From contig JAJHRQ010000002.1 of the NCBI GenBank assembly GCA_020833645.1, positions 18,280 through 82,279 on the forward strand: a stretch of DNA of 64,000 bases, given 5' to 3'. Positions 1 through 9,382 of this stretch are shown one piece after another (position 1 is the stretch's first letter; every line of letters begins with the position of its first letter). Below the pieces are notes generated by a model. The model had not been told where the DNA came from, did not search any database, and saw nothing but the letters and a program-made list of their open reading frames with translations. Source of the stretch: Thermocrinis sp. (lineage in GTDB: Bacteria; Aquificota; Aquificia; Aquificales; Aquificaceae). The position numbers and the translations under genes are program-made.

Positions 1-1486
1 GGCTACCTTCAGAACTTGCCAAGCGGATCGAGAGACCTTTTTAGTCTCTCCCTGCTCGGGATTCCTTCCATTGGCTCCCTCACAGGAGCTTGGCTCACTC
101 TGAAGGCTTTGTATGAGATTAGCTAAAAGTTTCTTTGAATTCTCTACACTCCTTAGTTCGCTTTCTAATGCATTCCTCTTATATTCGTTGCTTTCCTTCT
201 CTATAAGTTCTCTAAGTTCTTTTTCCCTCTCTTCATACCTCCTTAGGGCAAACTCTAAATACGCTTTGTCTTTCAAAAGTTTATCGTAATTCTCAGGCAT
301 GTCCTCTTTAAAGCCCAGTGCCCTTCTTCCTATCACATAAGCACCTGCGATATCCTTATCTATGCTTAACTGTGGTGCATACTTTAGCATGCCAATAACT
401 GAGGTGTAAGCAGGATTGACCTCTACTACTTCCACTCCCTTTAACATTGCTACCCTTTTTAGCTTTTGCATAAACTTTTTGGCATTCCATTGGTGAAGCC
501 TTTTTCTTAGTGTAGCTTTCCCATCTCCACGCATTCCTTTTTTGAGTTTCTTTAGGTTCTCTATGGCTATGGCTTTGCCTTTCTGAATGGCTAAATCTAC
601 TATCTGATGGGCTAATATCCACTCTTGGTGGTCTTTGCTGTTTTGGGAAAGTCCTAAAAGGTGATGTAGGCTAATGGTCTGATAGCTTAGTAGTTCTCCA
701 GTTTTTGACACTTCCACTATGGCTAAGTGGATGGGTGATGCGTTTGTGTCTATGGCTATTACTCCGTTCTCTCTGGTGTATTTCACCTCAGGCGTTGGGA
801 TTTCAAAGGATACATTTCCATAAACTTCTCCATCTCTCAGTTTTAACTCCACTGTGTAGGGAAAGTAGTTTTTTGTTTGCCAGCTTTCTAAAAGCATAGC
901 CATAAAAGTGAGCCACTTGTCTTTGCTGTTGTTGGGTTCTCTTAACACTTTGGCGTAGATAAATTCTCTGTTTCCTGTGGTAATCCTCAAGTGTAGCTGT
1001 CCGTTTATGTTTTCAAACCTCGTTAGTCTATTTCCTTTGTCTGCCTTTGACCCAATGCTTATAAGTGTCCCCTGTCTTAGCTCCCTCCACTGCTTTTTAA
1101 GTTTTTCCCTTAATTTTCCTGTAAGGTGATTTTTGCAAAGTTTTTCAAAAAGTCTTTTGCCTCCAAACACAACTGGTTTATCTGTGGGGTATTGTTTAAC
1201 TTTGTAAATGGCTGAGTCAATGTATTTTGTTGGTAATTCAGGGAATAGCTGTCTTAGTCTGTGATATATTTGGGCGTAAGGATTTTTTGTTTTTTCTTTT
1301 TCCAACTCTTTTAGCATATTGTATGCCACCCGTATAGCTGAAGATTGCTTACGCATCAGCTTTATGAGTTTTTCTTTGTCTTCCCTTTTCAGTTCAAGCT
1401 TGAACTGTAAGCTAACAAACATCAGGGTCAGATTTTAGAGTAAAAAACTTTGTGTGTCAATGGGTTTGGATTTTCAGAACAGCCTT
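1..1486 (-). mobile_element. TnpB-like insertion element, copy 1. It is on the minus strand, runs off the window start, and its coding region is broken into several frames.
   Basis: Reverse complement aligns base-for-base with 8117..9382, including the palindrome cagttcaagcttgaactg and the terminal motif aggctgttct(a/g)aaaat (rc at 1470..1486). The translated C-terminal part is intact (..VEVNPAYTSVIGML..DKDIAGAYVIGRRAL.. then a long extension) and continues past position 1. Only short ORFs are in the track, so the body has frameshifts. Confidence 0.7.
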
Positions 1487-1658
1487 ACAAGAATGATACC
1501 ATCTACTATGACATAGCCCAAGTAGTTTTCAATGTTGCCCGCCTTTATCACCTGCCCTCCCACCTCTTTTGTGATCAGCACAAAGTCCACCTTCTTCCTT
1601 ACTGCGTATATTGAAGCAGAAATACCCGCAGGTCCTCCGCCTATTATGACCAATTACT

Positions 1659-2213
1659 TCATAGGTCTATCCTTGCGAACCTCCTTCTGCCCTCTTCAAA
1701 GATATCCCCGCCGTAGATGTCGTTGGCAACTATTACAGGAAAATCTTCCACCACAAGCCTTCTTATGGCTTCCGTGCCAAGGTCCTCATAGGCTATTACC
1801 TCGGAGGATTTTATTGCCCTTGCCAAAAGGACTGCCACTCCACCCACCGCTGCAAAATAGACTGCCTTATATTTGACCAAAAGCTCCTTCACCTGAGGAC
1901 TTCTATAACCTTTACCTATCATGCCCTTTAGACCCAGTTTTAGAAGAGGTTCCACGTACTTGTCCATCCTTATGGCGGTGGTGGGTCCAGCGGAGCCTAT
2001 TACCTGTCCGGGCTTTGGTGGAGTAGGTCCCACATAGTATATGATCTGTCCCTTCAGGTCAAAGGGTGGTGGCTCTCCCCTCTGCAGGGCTTCTACCATC
2101 CTCTTGTGTGCCGCATCACGGGCGGTGTATATGACACCGCTTATGAGTACCCTGTCCCCCGCCCTGAGGCGTTCTACGATTTCATCTGTTAAAGGTGTTT
2201 CAATTCTTATCAT
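1659..2213 (-). CDS. Class I fumarate hydratase / L(+)-tartrate dehydratase beta-subunit-like (Fe-S hydro-lyase beta region).
   Basis: Motifs GQIIYYVGPTPPKPGQVIGSAGPTT and MIGKGYRS. Start set at the internal Met (MIRIETPL) so the gene does not overlap tRNA-Phe. Confidence 0.6.
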   Translation of the reverse strand: MIRIETPLTDEIVERLRAGDRVLISGVIYTARDAAHKRMVEALQRGEPPPFDLKGQIIYYVGPTPPKPGQVIGSAGPTTAIRMDKYVEPLLKLGLKGMIGKGYRSPQVKELLVKYKAVYFAAVGGVAVLLARAIKSSEVIAYEDLGTEAIRRLVVEDFPVIVANDIYGGDIFEEGRRRFARIDL

Positions 2214-2237
2214 GTGGTATAATTTTAATACCAAAGA

Positions 2238-2310
2238 GGCCCGGTAGCTCAGTTGGTAGAGCACCCGGCTGAAAACCGGGGTGTCGGCGGTTCGAGTCCG
2301 CCCTGGGCCA
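2238..2310 (+). tRNA. tRNA-Phe (GAA)
   Basis: Cloverleaf: acceptor ggcccgg/ctgggcc, D-arm tagctcagttggtagagc, anticodon loop ctGAAaa, T-arm ggttcgagtcc. CCA not encoded. Confidence 0.85.
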
Positions 2311-2341
2311 CTTTACAAACTGAAGCATAAATTTTTACCCT

Positions 2342-3280
2342 ATGCTCAAAGAAAAGAGCGCTTACTATTCCTTAAAGGACTATTTAAAGGAAAAGTATGG
2401 CAAGAGGGTTCAGAAGATCACCGTAGCTTTACCCTTCACCTGTCCTAACATAGATGGCACGAAGTCTGTGGGAGGTTGCACCTACTGTTTTTCTGGCACA
2501 AGACCCGCCCACCTCAGCCCCAGCGTGCCACTGAAAAAACAGATAGAGGAGGGCATCCTACGGGCAAAGGAGAAATATGGTAAAAACATACTCTTTTTTG
2601 TTTATTATCAGTCCTACTCTAACACCTACGGAGAGAGAGAATACCTAAAGAGCATTTATGACACCGCCTTAGAGTTTGACGAAGTGGTAGGAATTGACGT
2701 GGGAACAAGACCCGATTGTGCCCCCGAGTGGGTGTTGGACCTTTTGGAAGGCTACACCCAAAAAGGTTTAGAGGTGTGGGTGGAGTATGGACTTCAGTCT
2801 GCCAACTTTACCACCCTCAGAAGGATCAACAGGGCGCACGGAGTTTCGGACTTTGTGGATGCGGTCTTGAGGACCAAAAGGAGAAACCTAAAAGTTTGTG
2901 CCCATGTGATACTGGGACTTCCCGGAGAGGATGAGGAGGATATGTTAGAAACTGGAAAGCTCCTGTGCGCCCTACCCATAGACGGCGTTAAAATACACCC
3001 ACTCCATGTTATAAAAGGAACCAAGATGGCACAGCAGTATTTGAACGGAGAGTTTGAGGTTCTGAGCCTTCAGGAGTATGCAAAAAGGGCGGTGGACCTA
3101 ATAGAGATCCTACCCCCCAATGTGGTGATCCACAGGTTAACGGGGGAGGTGGAGGAAGACAGGCTCATAGCCCCAGATTACTGCACCTACAGGAAAAAAC
3201 ATGAGGTCCTTCAGGCTATCCAAAGGGAAATGGAAAGTAGAGGTAGCTATCAGGGCTGTAAGTCTCCCTTCAACCGATGA
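2342..3280 (+). CDS. Radical SAM protein, TIGR01212 (YhcC-like) family.
   Basis: CPNIDG...GGCTYC cluster near the N-terminus and overall family-like layout. Confidence 0.6.
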   Translation: MLKEKSAYYSLKDYLKEKYGKRVQKITVALPFTCPNIDGTKSVGGCTYCFSGTRPAHLSPSVPLKKQIEEGILRAKEKYGKNILFFVYYQSYSNTYGEREYLKSIYDTALEFDEVVGIDVGTRPDCAPEWVLDLLEGYTQKGLEVWVEYGLQSANFTTLRRINRAHGVSDFVDAVLRTKRRNLKVCAHVILGLPGEDEEDMLETGKLLCALPIDGVKIHPLHVIKGTKMAQQYLNGEFEVLSLQEYAKRAVDLIEILPPNVVIHRLTGEVEEDRLIAPDYCTYRKKHEVLQAIQREMESRGSYQGCKSPFNR

Positions 3281-4434
3281 GCAAGGAACACTGGGCTTTA
3301 ATCGCACTTTTGGTTAATCTACTGCAGTCTCTTGCCAAGTTTGTGGGTGGTGTTTTATCCGGTAGTTTGTCCCTGATCGGGGAAGCGGTTCATTCCCTCT
3401 CTGACTCCTTTGCCTCTGTGATCACATACATCTCCATAAAGTTCTCTACCAAAAGGAACGAGAGATTTCCCTACGGGCTTTACAAGCTGGAAAACTTAGC
3501 CTCTGTGGCGATTTCTTTCTTTCTACTTTTGGCAAGCTACGAGATAATAAAGAGGGCTTTTTCCCAAAGGGTGGAGATAAAGGAAGAGTTTTGGGACATT
3601 GGCGCGGGAATTGTGGTCTTTTCTCTCTTTAGTTCCCTTAGCCTTTCTATGCTGGAAAGGTGGGCGGGCAAAAGGTACAACTCTCCAGCCCTCATAGCAG
3701 ACTTCTATCACACCCTAACGGATGCCTTTGGCTCCTCTTTGGTGCTTTTGAGCTTTGTAAGTGCTAAGCTTGGGTACCAGTTGGACAGATACTTTGCGAT
3801 AGCTGTGAGCCTTTTGATCCTTTGGACTGCCATAAGCATACTCAAAAGGGAGTTTGCGGTGCTCTTGGATGTTTCTGCTGATGAAAAGACCTTAGAGAGA
3901 ATAAGGCAGATCATACTGGATTTTGAAAACATAAAGGAAATAAAACATCTTTATGTTAGGTCCTCTGGCGGAAGGCTCTTTGCGGATATTACGGTAGCGG
4001 TAGAGGGCTGGAACTTCCACCACATCCATCAAACAGTGGATGCTTTGGAAGAGAGGCTAAAGAGGGAGATTCCTGAGCTGGAGATGGTCTTTATCCATTA
4101 CGAACCGGTGGGAGGGATAAAGCCAAGGGTGGGAATACTTTTGGACGAGGAGCAAAAGGTTTCTTCCCACTTTGAAAACACCAAATACTTGGCCATATTC
4201 TCCGACGGGAAGAGGGAGCTTTTAAAGGAGATCTCCGGCGATGAAAGGGAGATATCTCAAATATTGGCAGAAAGCGGAGTGAACATTGTAGTATGTGGGT
4301 GGCATCCCGAAGACCAAACCGCCAGGCTTAACTTGAGCAGGGCGGGTATATTTGTATGGGAAACAGAAGAAAAAAACCCATACATAGCCCTTTCCCAAAT
4401 AGCCAAATGCATAAAGGAGTGTAAGGATGTATGA
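3277..4434 (+). CDS. Cation diffusion facilitator (CDF) transporter with an extra C-terminal NifX/NifB-like (dinitrogenase FeMo-cofactor-binding family) domain.
   Basis: N-terminal TM region with HSLSDSF metal site and a ZT-dimer-like segment (EGWNFHHIHQTVD). Then an appended ~100-aa domain (KYLAIFSDGKRE ... VNIVVCGWHPEDQTARLNLSRAGIFVWE) resembling PF02579-type proteins. Confidence 0.55.
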   Translation: MSKEHWALIALLVNLLQSLAKFVGGVLSGSLSLIGEAVHSLSDSFASVITYISIKFSTKRNERFPYGLYKLENLASVAISFFLLLASYEIIKRAFSQRVEIKEEFWDIGAGIVVFSLFSSLSLSMLERWAGKRYNSPALIADFYHTLTDAFGSSLVLLSFVSAKLGYQLDRYFAIAVSLLILWTAISILKREFAVLLDVSADEKTLERIRQIILDFENIKEIKHLYVRSSGGRLFADITVAVEGWNFHHIHQTVDALEERLKREIPELEMVFIHYEPVGGIKPRVGILLDEEQKVSSHFENTKYLAIFSDGKRELLKEISGDEREISQILAESGVNIVVCGWHPEDQTARLNLSRAGIFVWETEEKNPYIALSQIAKCIKECKDV

Positions 4435-4846
4435 GATCTTTTTGAAGGACGAACAAGAGACTATAAACTTTGGAAAAGAGTTTGCCAAAAGGCTAAAGGG
4501 GGATGAAGTAATATGCCTACTTGGAGACTTGGGGTCGGGCAAAACTACCTTTGTGAAGGGACTGGCAGAGGGTTTAGGAATAAAGGAGGGCTATCAGGTT
4601 AGAAGTCCCACCTTTACCATCGTCAACGAGTATCCCACCCAAAGGGGAAGGTTAATACACATAGACCTGTACAGGGTGGAGGACTTTGACGTGGAACAGT
4701 TTGTGGGGGAAGGTATAGTAGTGGTGGAGTGGGCAAAGAATTTAGAGCTTTGCGATTGTATCATTGAGTTTTTGTTTGAAGGAGATGGAAGAAGGGTAGT
4801 GTTAAAATTTAACAAAAAGGAGGTGCGCTATGGACTTTCTGGGTAG
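4427..4846 (+). CDS. tsaE: tRNA t6A biosynthesis protein TsaE (YjeE ATPase).
   Basis: GDLGSGKTTFVKGLAEGLG P-loop, SPTFTIVNEY and HIDLYRV motifs; 139 aa. Confidence 0.8.
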   Translation: MYEIFLKDEQETINFGKEFAKRLKGDEVICLLGDLGSGKTTFVKGLAEGLGIKEGYQVRSPTFTIVNEYPTQRGRLIHIDLYRVEDFDVEQFVGEGIVVVEWAKNLELCDCIIEFLFEGDGRRVVLKFNKKEVRYGLSG

Positions 4847-5675
4847 AGACCAATCACCCCTTACGCAGGAAGAGTGGGCTACCTTGGAGGAGGCGGTTAT
4901 AAGGGTGGCAAAAAATACATTAGTTTGCAGAAGGTTTATGCCTGTGGTTGGTCCTATAGGTGCAGGGCATCAGGTTATATCTTATGATGTGTTTCTTGGG
5001 GTGGAGCCCGGTAGCTGTGAGGTAAGACCCGGAGAGGAAGCCCAAACCTGCGAGCCAGTTAGGGTAGGTAAAAGAATACACATAGTTCTTCCCACCATCT
5101 ATAAACCTTTTTCCATAAGCTGGAGGGACCTTGAATACTGGAGGCAGTTTAACCTACCCATAGATACATCCACTGCATCCGCCGCGGCCTTTGCCACCGC
5201 AGTGGCAGAAGACACCCTTATAATACATGGCAACAAAAAGCTAGGCATAGAAGGGCTTCTGACGGTGGAGGGAAGGCAAAGCATCTCAATGAGCGATTGG
5301 GATGTGATGGGAAATGCCTTTAACGATGTGTCTTTGGGTGTGGCAAAGCTCACAGAAAGCGGATTTTTTGGTCCATACCATCTTCTTTTGAACCCGAAGG
5401 ATTACTTCAAGCTAAACCGCGTTTATCATAACACGGGGCTCCTTGAAATAGAGCAGATAAAGAAAATAGTCAGTGAAGTTCACACCTCTCCCATAGTACC
5501 AGAGGGGAAGGCTATACTGGTCTCCGCCGGTCCTCAGAACATGGACATAGTGGTAGCCCTTGATATGTCCCTTGCCTACGTGGAGACCACCAACATGGTT
5601 CATGAATTCAGGGTAATGGAGATTTTGGCGCCAAGGATAAAACGGCCAGGTGCTATCCTCGTTATTGGTAAGTAA
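4830..5675 (+). CDS. Family 1 encapsulin nanocompartment shell protein (linocin M18 / maritimacin-like).
   Basis: 281 aa. N-terminus MDFLGRDQSPLTQEEWATLEEAV parallels the T. maritima encapsulin [20 protein letters not shown]. HK97-fold-like length and motifs (GPYHLLLNPKDYFKL). Confidence 0.75.
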   Translation: MDFLGRDQSPLTQEEWATLEEAVIRVAKNTLVCRRFMPVVGPIGAGHQVISYDVFLGVEPGSCEVRPGEEAQTCEPVRVGKRIHIVLPTIYKPFSISWRDLEYWRQFNLPIDTSTASAAAFATAVAEDTLIIHGNKKLGIEGLLTVEGRQSISMSDWDVMGNAFNDVSLGVAKLTESGFFGPYHLLLNPKDYFKLNRVYHNTGLLEIEQIKKIVSEVHTSPIVPEGKAILVSAGPQNMDIVVALDMSLAYVETTNMVHEFRVMEILAPRIKRPGAILVIGK

Positions 5676-6225
5676 TTGCCCTCCAGAGGACTTCTGCCAA
5701 CTCCTCCTCCAAGCCCGCCTCCCTTTCCATTATTCCACCCTCCACTAAAAGGAATGTCCTTTCCAAAGTGCCCACCACCACCGCTAAAGCCAACTCCCTT
5801 CTGACCTTGATAATTCCCTTCTTAAAACCTTCATCCATGAACTTCATCAGGGCGTCTTTAGGGAGGTTTTGAAAGTTCTTTACCTCTTCAGCCCTCAGAT
5901 AGTGAAACAAGTTTATGAACTTAAAAGCTTGTGGATTCTCAAAACAAAAGCTCAAGAAGGTTTTTACAAGCTTGAAAAACCTGTTTTTTATTGATGTATT
6001 TTCTTCAACCACTGAAATCAGCTCTTTGTATAGCCTTTCGGCGTATGTGGAGAAGAGGGTGCTAACAATCTGATCTTTACTAACAAAGTGTCTGTATATG
6101 GCACCCTCTGTTATGCCCACATCTTTGGCTATATCCTTTATGGTGGTCTCCCTTATGCCCTTTTCCGAAAACAGCTTGAGGGCGGATTCTAAAATCTTCT
6201 CCTTGGTGTTTTGATGGCGTGGCAT
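5662..6225 (-). CDS. TetR/AcrR family transcriptional regulator.
   Basis: N-terminal helix-turn-helix KEKILESALKLFSEKGIRETTIKDIAKDVGITEGAIYRHF. Confidence 0.8.
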   Translation of the reverse strand: MPRHQNTKEKILESALKLFSEKGIRETTIKDIAKDVGITEGAIYRHFVSKDQIVSTLFSTYAERLYKELISVVEENTSIKNRFFKLVKTFLSFCFENPQAFKFINLFHYLRAEEVKNFQNLPKDALMKFMDEGFKKGIIKVRRELALAVVVGTLERTFLLVEGGIMEREAGLEEELAEVLWRAITYQ

Positions 6226-6227
6226 AT

Positions 6228-7937
6228 CTATCTATTATACCTTTTTCTCCTTACAAACTCTTTTACTTCTTCCACAGTTCTCGTGTTTAAAATGTCCTCC
6301 TTCTTTGCCCATCCCCTTCTTGCCAAACCTAAACCAATCTTTAAATACCTTAGGTGGCTCGGCGCGTGGGCATCAGTTACGATGGCAACGAGCGCGCCCT
6401 TTTCAACACACTTTCTGACCATTTCTGGAGATAGGTCTGCTCTGAATGTGTTTAGCTCCAACGCGGTTCCCTTCTCCTTTGCCAAGTTTATTATCTGTTC
6501 CATGTTGAGAGGGTAGCCTTCCCTGCTTCCGTAGGCCTTTCCAGTGGGATGTCCTATTAAATTCACATAGGGGTTTTCTATCGCCCGCAAAATTCTATAG
6601 GTGTTATCCTGTCCAAAACGTGTGTGTATGGAAGCCACCACAAAGTCAAACTCCTCTAAAAATTCATTGGGAAGATCCAAACTGCCATCGAGAAGTATAT
6701 CTACCTCGCACCCCCTAAGTATATTTTAACCTCTCTATTACCTTCCACTGTTCTCTGTATCTTTGTATGTCTAAACCTTTCGCCACCCTTGCGGAGGGGG
6801 AATGGTCTCCGATGACGATGTACTGCAATCCCAGCCTGTAGGCGGTCTCCGCCATTTCCTCAATACTACCAAGCCCATCGCTCCAGTTGGTATGCATATG
6901 AAAATCACCCTTTATGTCTTCCCATTCCACAAGCCTTGGTAGCTTCCTCTCCAAGGCAAGCTCCACCTCTCCCACGTTTTCCCTTAGCTCGGGTGGGGGA
7001 CAATCCATACCAAGAAGTTCATAGACCTCTTCCTCCGTTCTTCCACCCAACCACTCTTCTGTGTCTGCCCTAAAGACGCCGTATTCGCTCAATTTTAATC
7101 CCTTAGCTTTTGCTATATCCCTTATCCTAACATTGTGCTCCCTTGAACCCGTGAAGTATTGGAGGGCGGAGCCCCATTGATGGGGTTCAACGGTCCTGAA
7201 ATCCGCCTGTTTTCCGTTTTTTAAAATCACACTGGACTTTGTTTCTCCCTTAAGTAGAACATCCTGAACTTCATCAAATTTAGTAAAGTGCTCATGCAGT
7301 GCGGGCCAAAACCTTTTATCCGCAGAAACCAAGAGGTCTATATCTCCAACGGTTTCCTTTCTCCTCCTTAAACTTCCCGCCAGCTCTATATTTTGGTAAA
7401 GCTCCCCAACTCTTTTCATATGTTCCAAAAGCCTTTCGCCCAATTGATAAGCTTCTATAAGGGACATACGCTCTTTACTCTTTTCATACAGTTCAAGCCC
7501 TCTCATTATGTTCTGTAATTTTTTCTCCCTTATACCGGGCAAGGTAGCAAGCATACCACTTCTGACTGCTCTCAAAAAGTCATCCTTAGTTCCGATATGT
7601 AGCTTTTCGTAGGCTAACCTTAGGGTTTTTGGACCAATGCCGGGTACATTAAGGAGTTCAAGCAGATCCTCCGGCACCTGCTTTTTCAGCTCCTCGTATT
7701 TGGATATTTTCCCGGTTCTTAGATACTCCAATATTTTGCTTAAAGAAGATTCTCCTATTCCGGGTATTTGGTATATCTTACCAGTTTTAACCAACTCCTA
7801 CACATCCACCCCTAACTCAGAAAGGACCTCCGCCACCCTCCTGTAAGCGTTTATCCTGTAAGGATTCTCCCCTAAAAATTCCATAATGTCTGCCATCTTA
7901 GAGAATATTTCTGCAATCTCTTTATTCTTGGACATCT
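6228..7937 (-). pseudogene. DNA polymerase X family with C-terminal PHP domain, disrupted by an in-frame TAG and a frameshift.
   Basis: N-terminal HhH segment MSKNKEIAEIFSKMADIMEFLGENPYRINAYRRVAEVLSELGVDV ends at TAG (rc of 7798..7800) and continues in frame as ELVKTGKIYQIPGIG. The PolX core (GSLRRRKETVGDIDLLV) and PHP part (HMHTNWSDG ... IVTDAHAP) are separated by a frameshift at a G5 run near 6700 (..ERLKYT* versus ILRGCEVDILLDGSLDLP). Confidence 0.65.
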
Positions 7938-8152
7938 TGTATTATCTTAAAAGCCTTTTTGTTTTTTGAATGACCTAACACACCCAAGAACTTTTTTATC
8001 CCCTCCACATAGATCTCCACCGGTTCCCTTGTGGGTTTGTCTAAGGTTATTGTATCCCCTACTTTAAGGCTGTACAGTTTTCCTAAGGTGATTTTGGTAT
8101 AGCCAAGTTTTACGCGAGGCTGTTCTAAAAATACAACTCCATCGACACACAA
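7922..8152 (-). CDS. FliN/SpoA-domain-like fragment (flagellar motor switch C-terminal domain). The start codon falls inside the insertion-element terminus, so this is likely a truncated remnant.
   Basis: LSLKVGDTITLDKPTREPVEIYVEG resembles the FliN SpoA core. The first 12 codons, including a TTG start, lie within the element terminus at 8117..8152. Confidence 0.3.
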   Translation of the reverse strand: MCVDGVVFLEQPRVKLGYTKITLGKLYSLKVGDTITLDKPTREPVEIYVEGIKKFLGVLGHSKNKKAFKIIQDVQE

Positions 8153-9382
8153 GAGTTTTAAAGTTAAAATCTAAGCTTGATGTTTGTTAGCCTACAGTTC
8201 AAGCTTGAACTGAAAAAGGAAGACAAAGAAAAACTCATAAAGCTTATGCGTAAGCAATCCTCTGTCATTCGCGTAGCATACAATATGCTAAAGGAGTTGG
8301 AAAAAGAAAAAACAAAAAACCCACACGCCCAAATATACCAAAGACTGAGACAGCTATTTCCTGAATTACCAACTAAATACATTGACTCAGCCATTTACAA
8401 GGCTAAGCAGTATCCTACCGATAAACCAGTGGTCTTTGGAGGCAAAAGACTTTTTGAAAAGCTTTGTGAAAATCATCTTTCAGGAAAGACAAGAGAAAAA
8501 CTTAAAAAGCAGTGGAGAGAACTAAGACAAGGAACACTTATAAGCATCGGGTCAAAGGCAGACAAAGGAAACAGACTAATGAGATTTGAAGACCTAAACG
8601 GACAGCTACACTTGAGGATTACCACAGGAAACAGAGAGTTTATCTACGCCAAAGTGTTAAGAGAACCAAGCAACAGCAAAGACAAGTGGCTCACCTTTAT
8701 GACTATGCTTTTAGAAAGTTGGCAAACAAAAAGCTACTTTGCCTACACAGTGGAGTTAAAGCTGAGGGAAGGAGAATTTTATGGAAGCGTATCCTTTGAA
8801 CTTCCAATGCCCAAGGTAAGATACACCAAAGAGAACGGAGTAATAGCCATGGACACAAACGCATCACCAATTCATTTAGCCATAGCAGAGGTATCAAAAA
8901 CTGGAGAACTACTAAGCTATCAGACCATTAGCCTACACCACCTTTTAGGGCTTTCCCAAAACAGCAAAGACCACCAAGAGTGGATATTGGCACATCAGAT
9001 AGTGGATTTGGCCATCCAGAAAGGTAAAGCTATAGCCATAGAGAATTTGAAAAAGCTTAAGAGGGGAAGTAGAGGAGATGGGAAAGCTACACTAAGAAAA
9101 AGGCTTCATCACTGGAATGCCAAAAAGTTTATGCAAAAGCTAAAAAGGGTGGCAATGTTAAAGGGGTGGAAGTAGTAGAGGTAAATCCTGCCTATACCTC
9201 AGTTATTGGCATGCTAAAGTATGCGCCACAGTTAAGTATAGATAAAGACATAGCATCTGCATATGTGATAGGAAGAAGGGCACTGGGCTTTAAAGAGGAC
9301 ATGCCTGAGAATTACGAGAAACTTTTGAAAGACAAAGCGTATTTGGGGTTTGCCCTAAAGAGGTATGGAGAGAGGGAAGAGG
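8117..9382 (+). mobile_element. TnpB-like insertion element, copy 2. Its 3' part is deleted and replaced by an IS6-like insertion.
   Basis: Terminal motif aggctgttctaaaaat at 8117, subterminal palindrome cagttcaagcttgaactg (8197..8214), and a TnpB-like ORF. Homology to copy 1 stops exactly where the IS6-like element begins (9383). Confidence 0.75.
8177..9382 (+). pseudogene. TnpB-like (IS605 OrfB / RuvC-like) nuclease gene lacking the zinc finger. It has a 1-bp deletion near 9170 and a truncated C-terminus.
   Basis: RuvC-I-like VIAMDTN, RuvC-II-like AIAIENL, RuvC-III-like DKDIASAYVIGRRAL. There are no cysteine pairs between the VNPAYTS segment and RuvC-III. Copy 1 has aaagggagtgg where copy 2 has aaaggggtgg, which explains the frame break at 9166..9175. 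Confidence 0.65.

Noticed and set aside
705-899. ORF MTLPLWLSGWVMRLC... and its near-twin at 8703..8897, conserved between the two element copies.
   Set aside because: They lie antisense to the TnpB-like coding frame. Conservation simply reflects nucleotide identity of the two element copies. No independent coding evidence.
4820-4846. TsaE C-terminus (..KKEVRYGLSG) as a possible encapsulin targeting peptide, which would make TsaE the cargo.
   Set aside because: Does not match the hydrophobic LxxGxLxIGSL(K/R) consensus. TsaE is a conserved housekeeping ATPase. The overlap more likely reflects operon packing.
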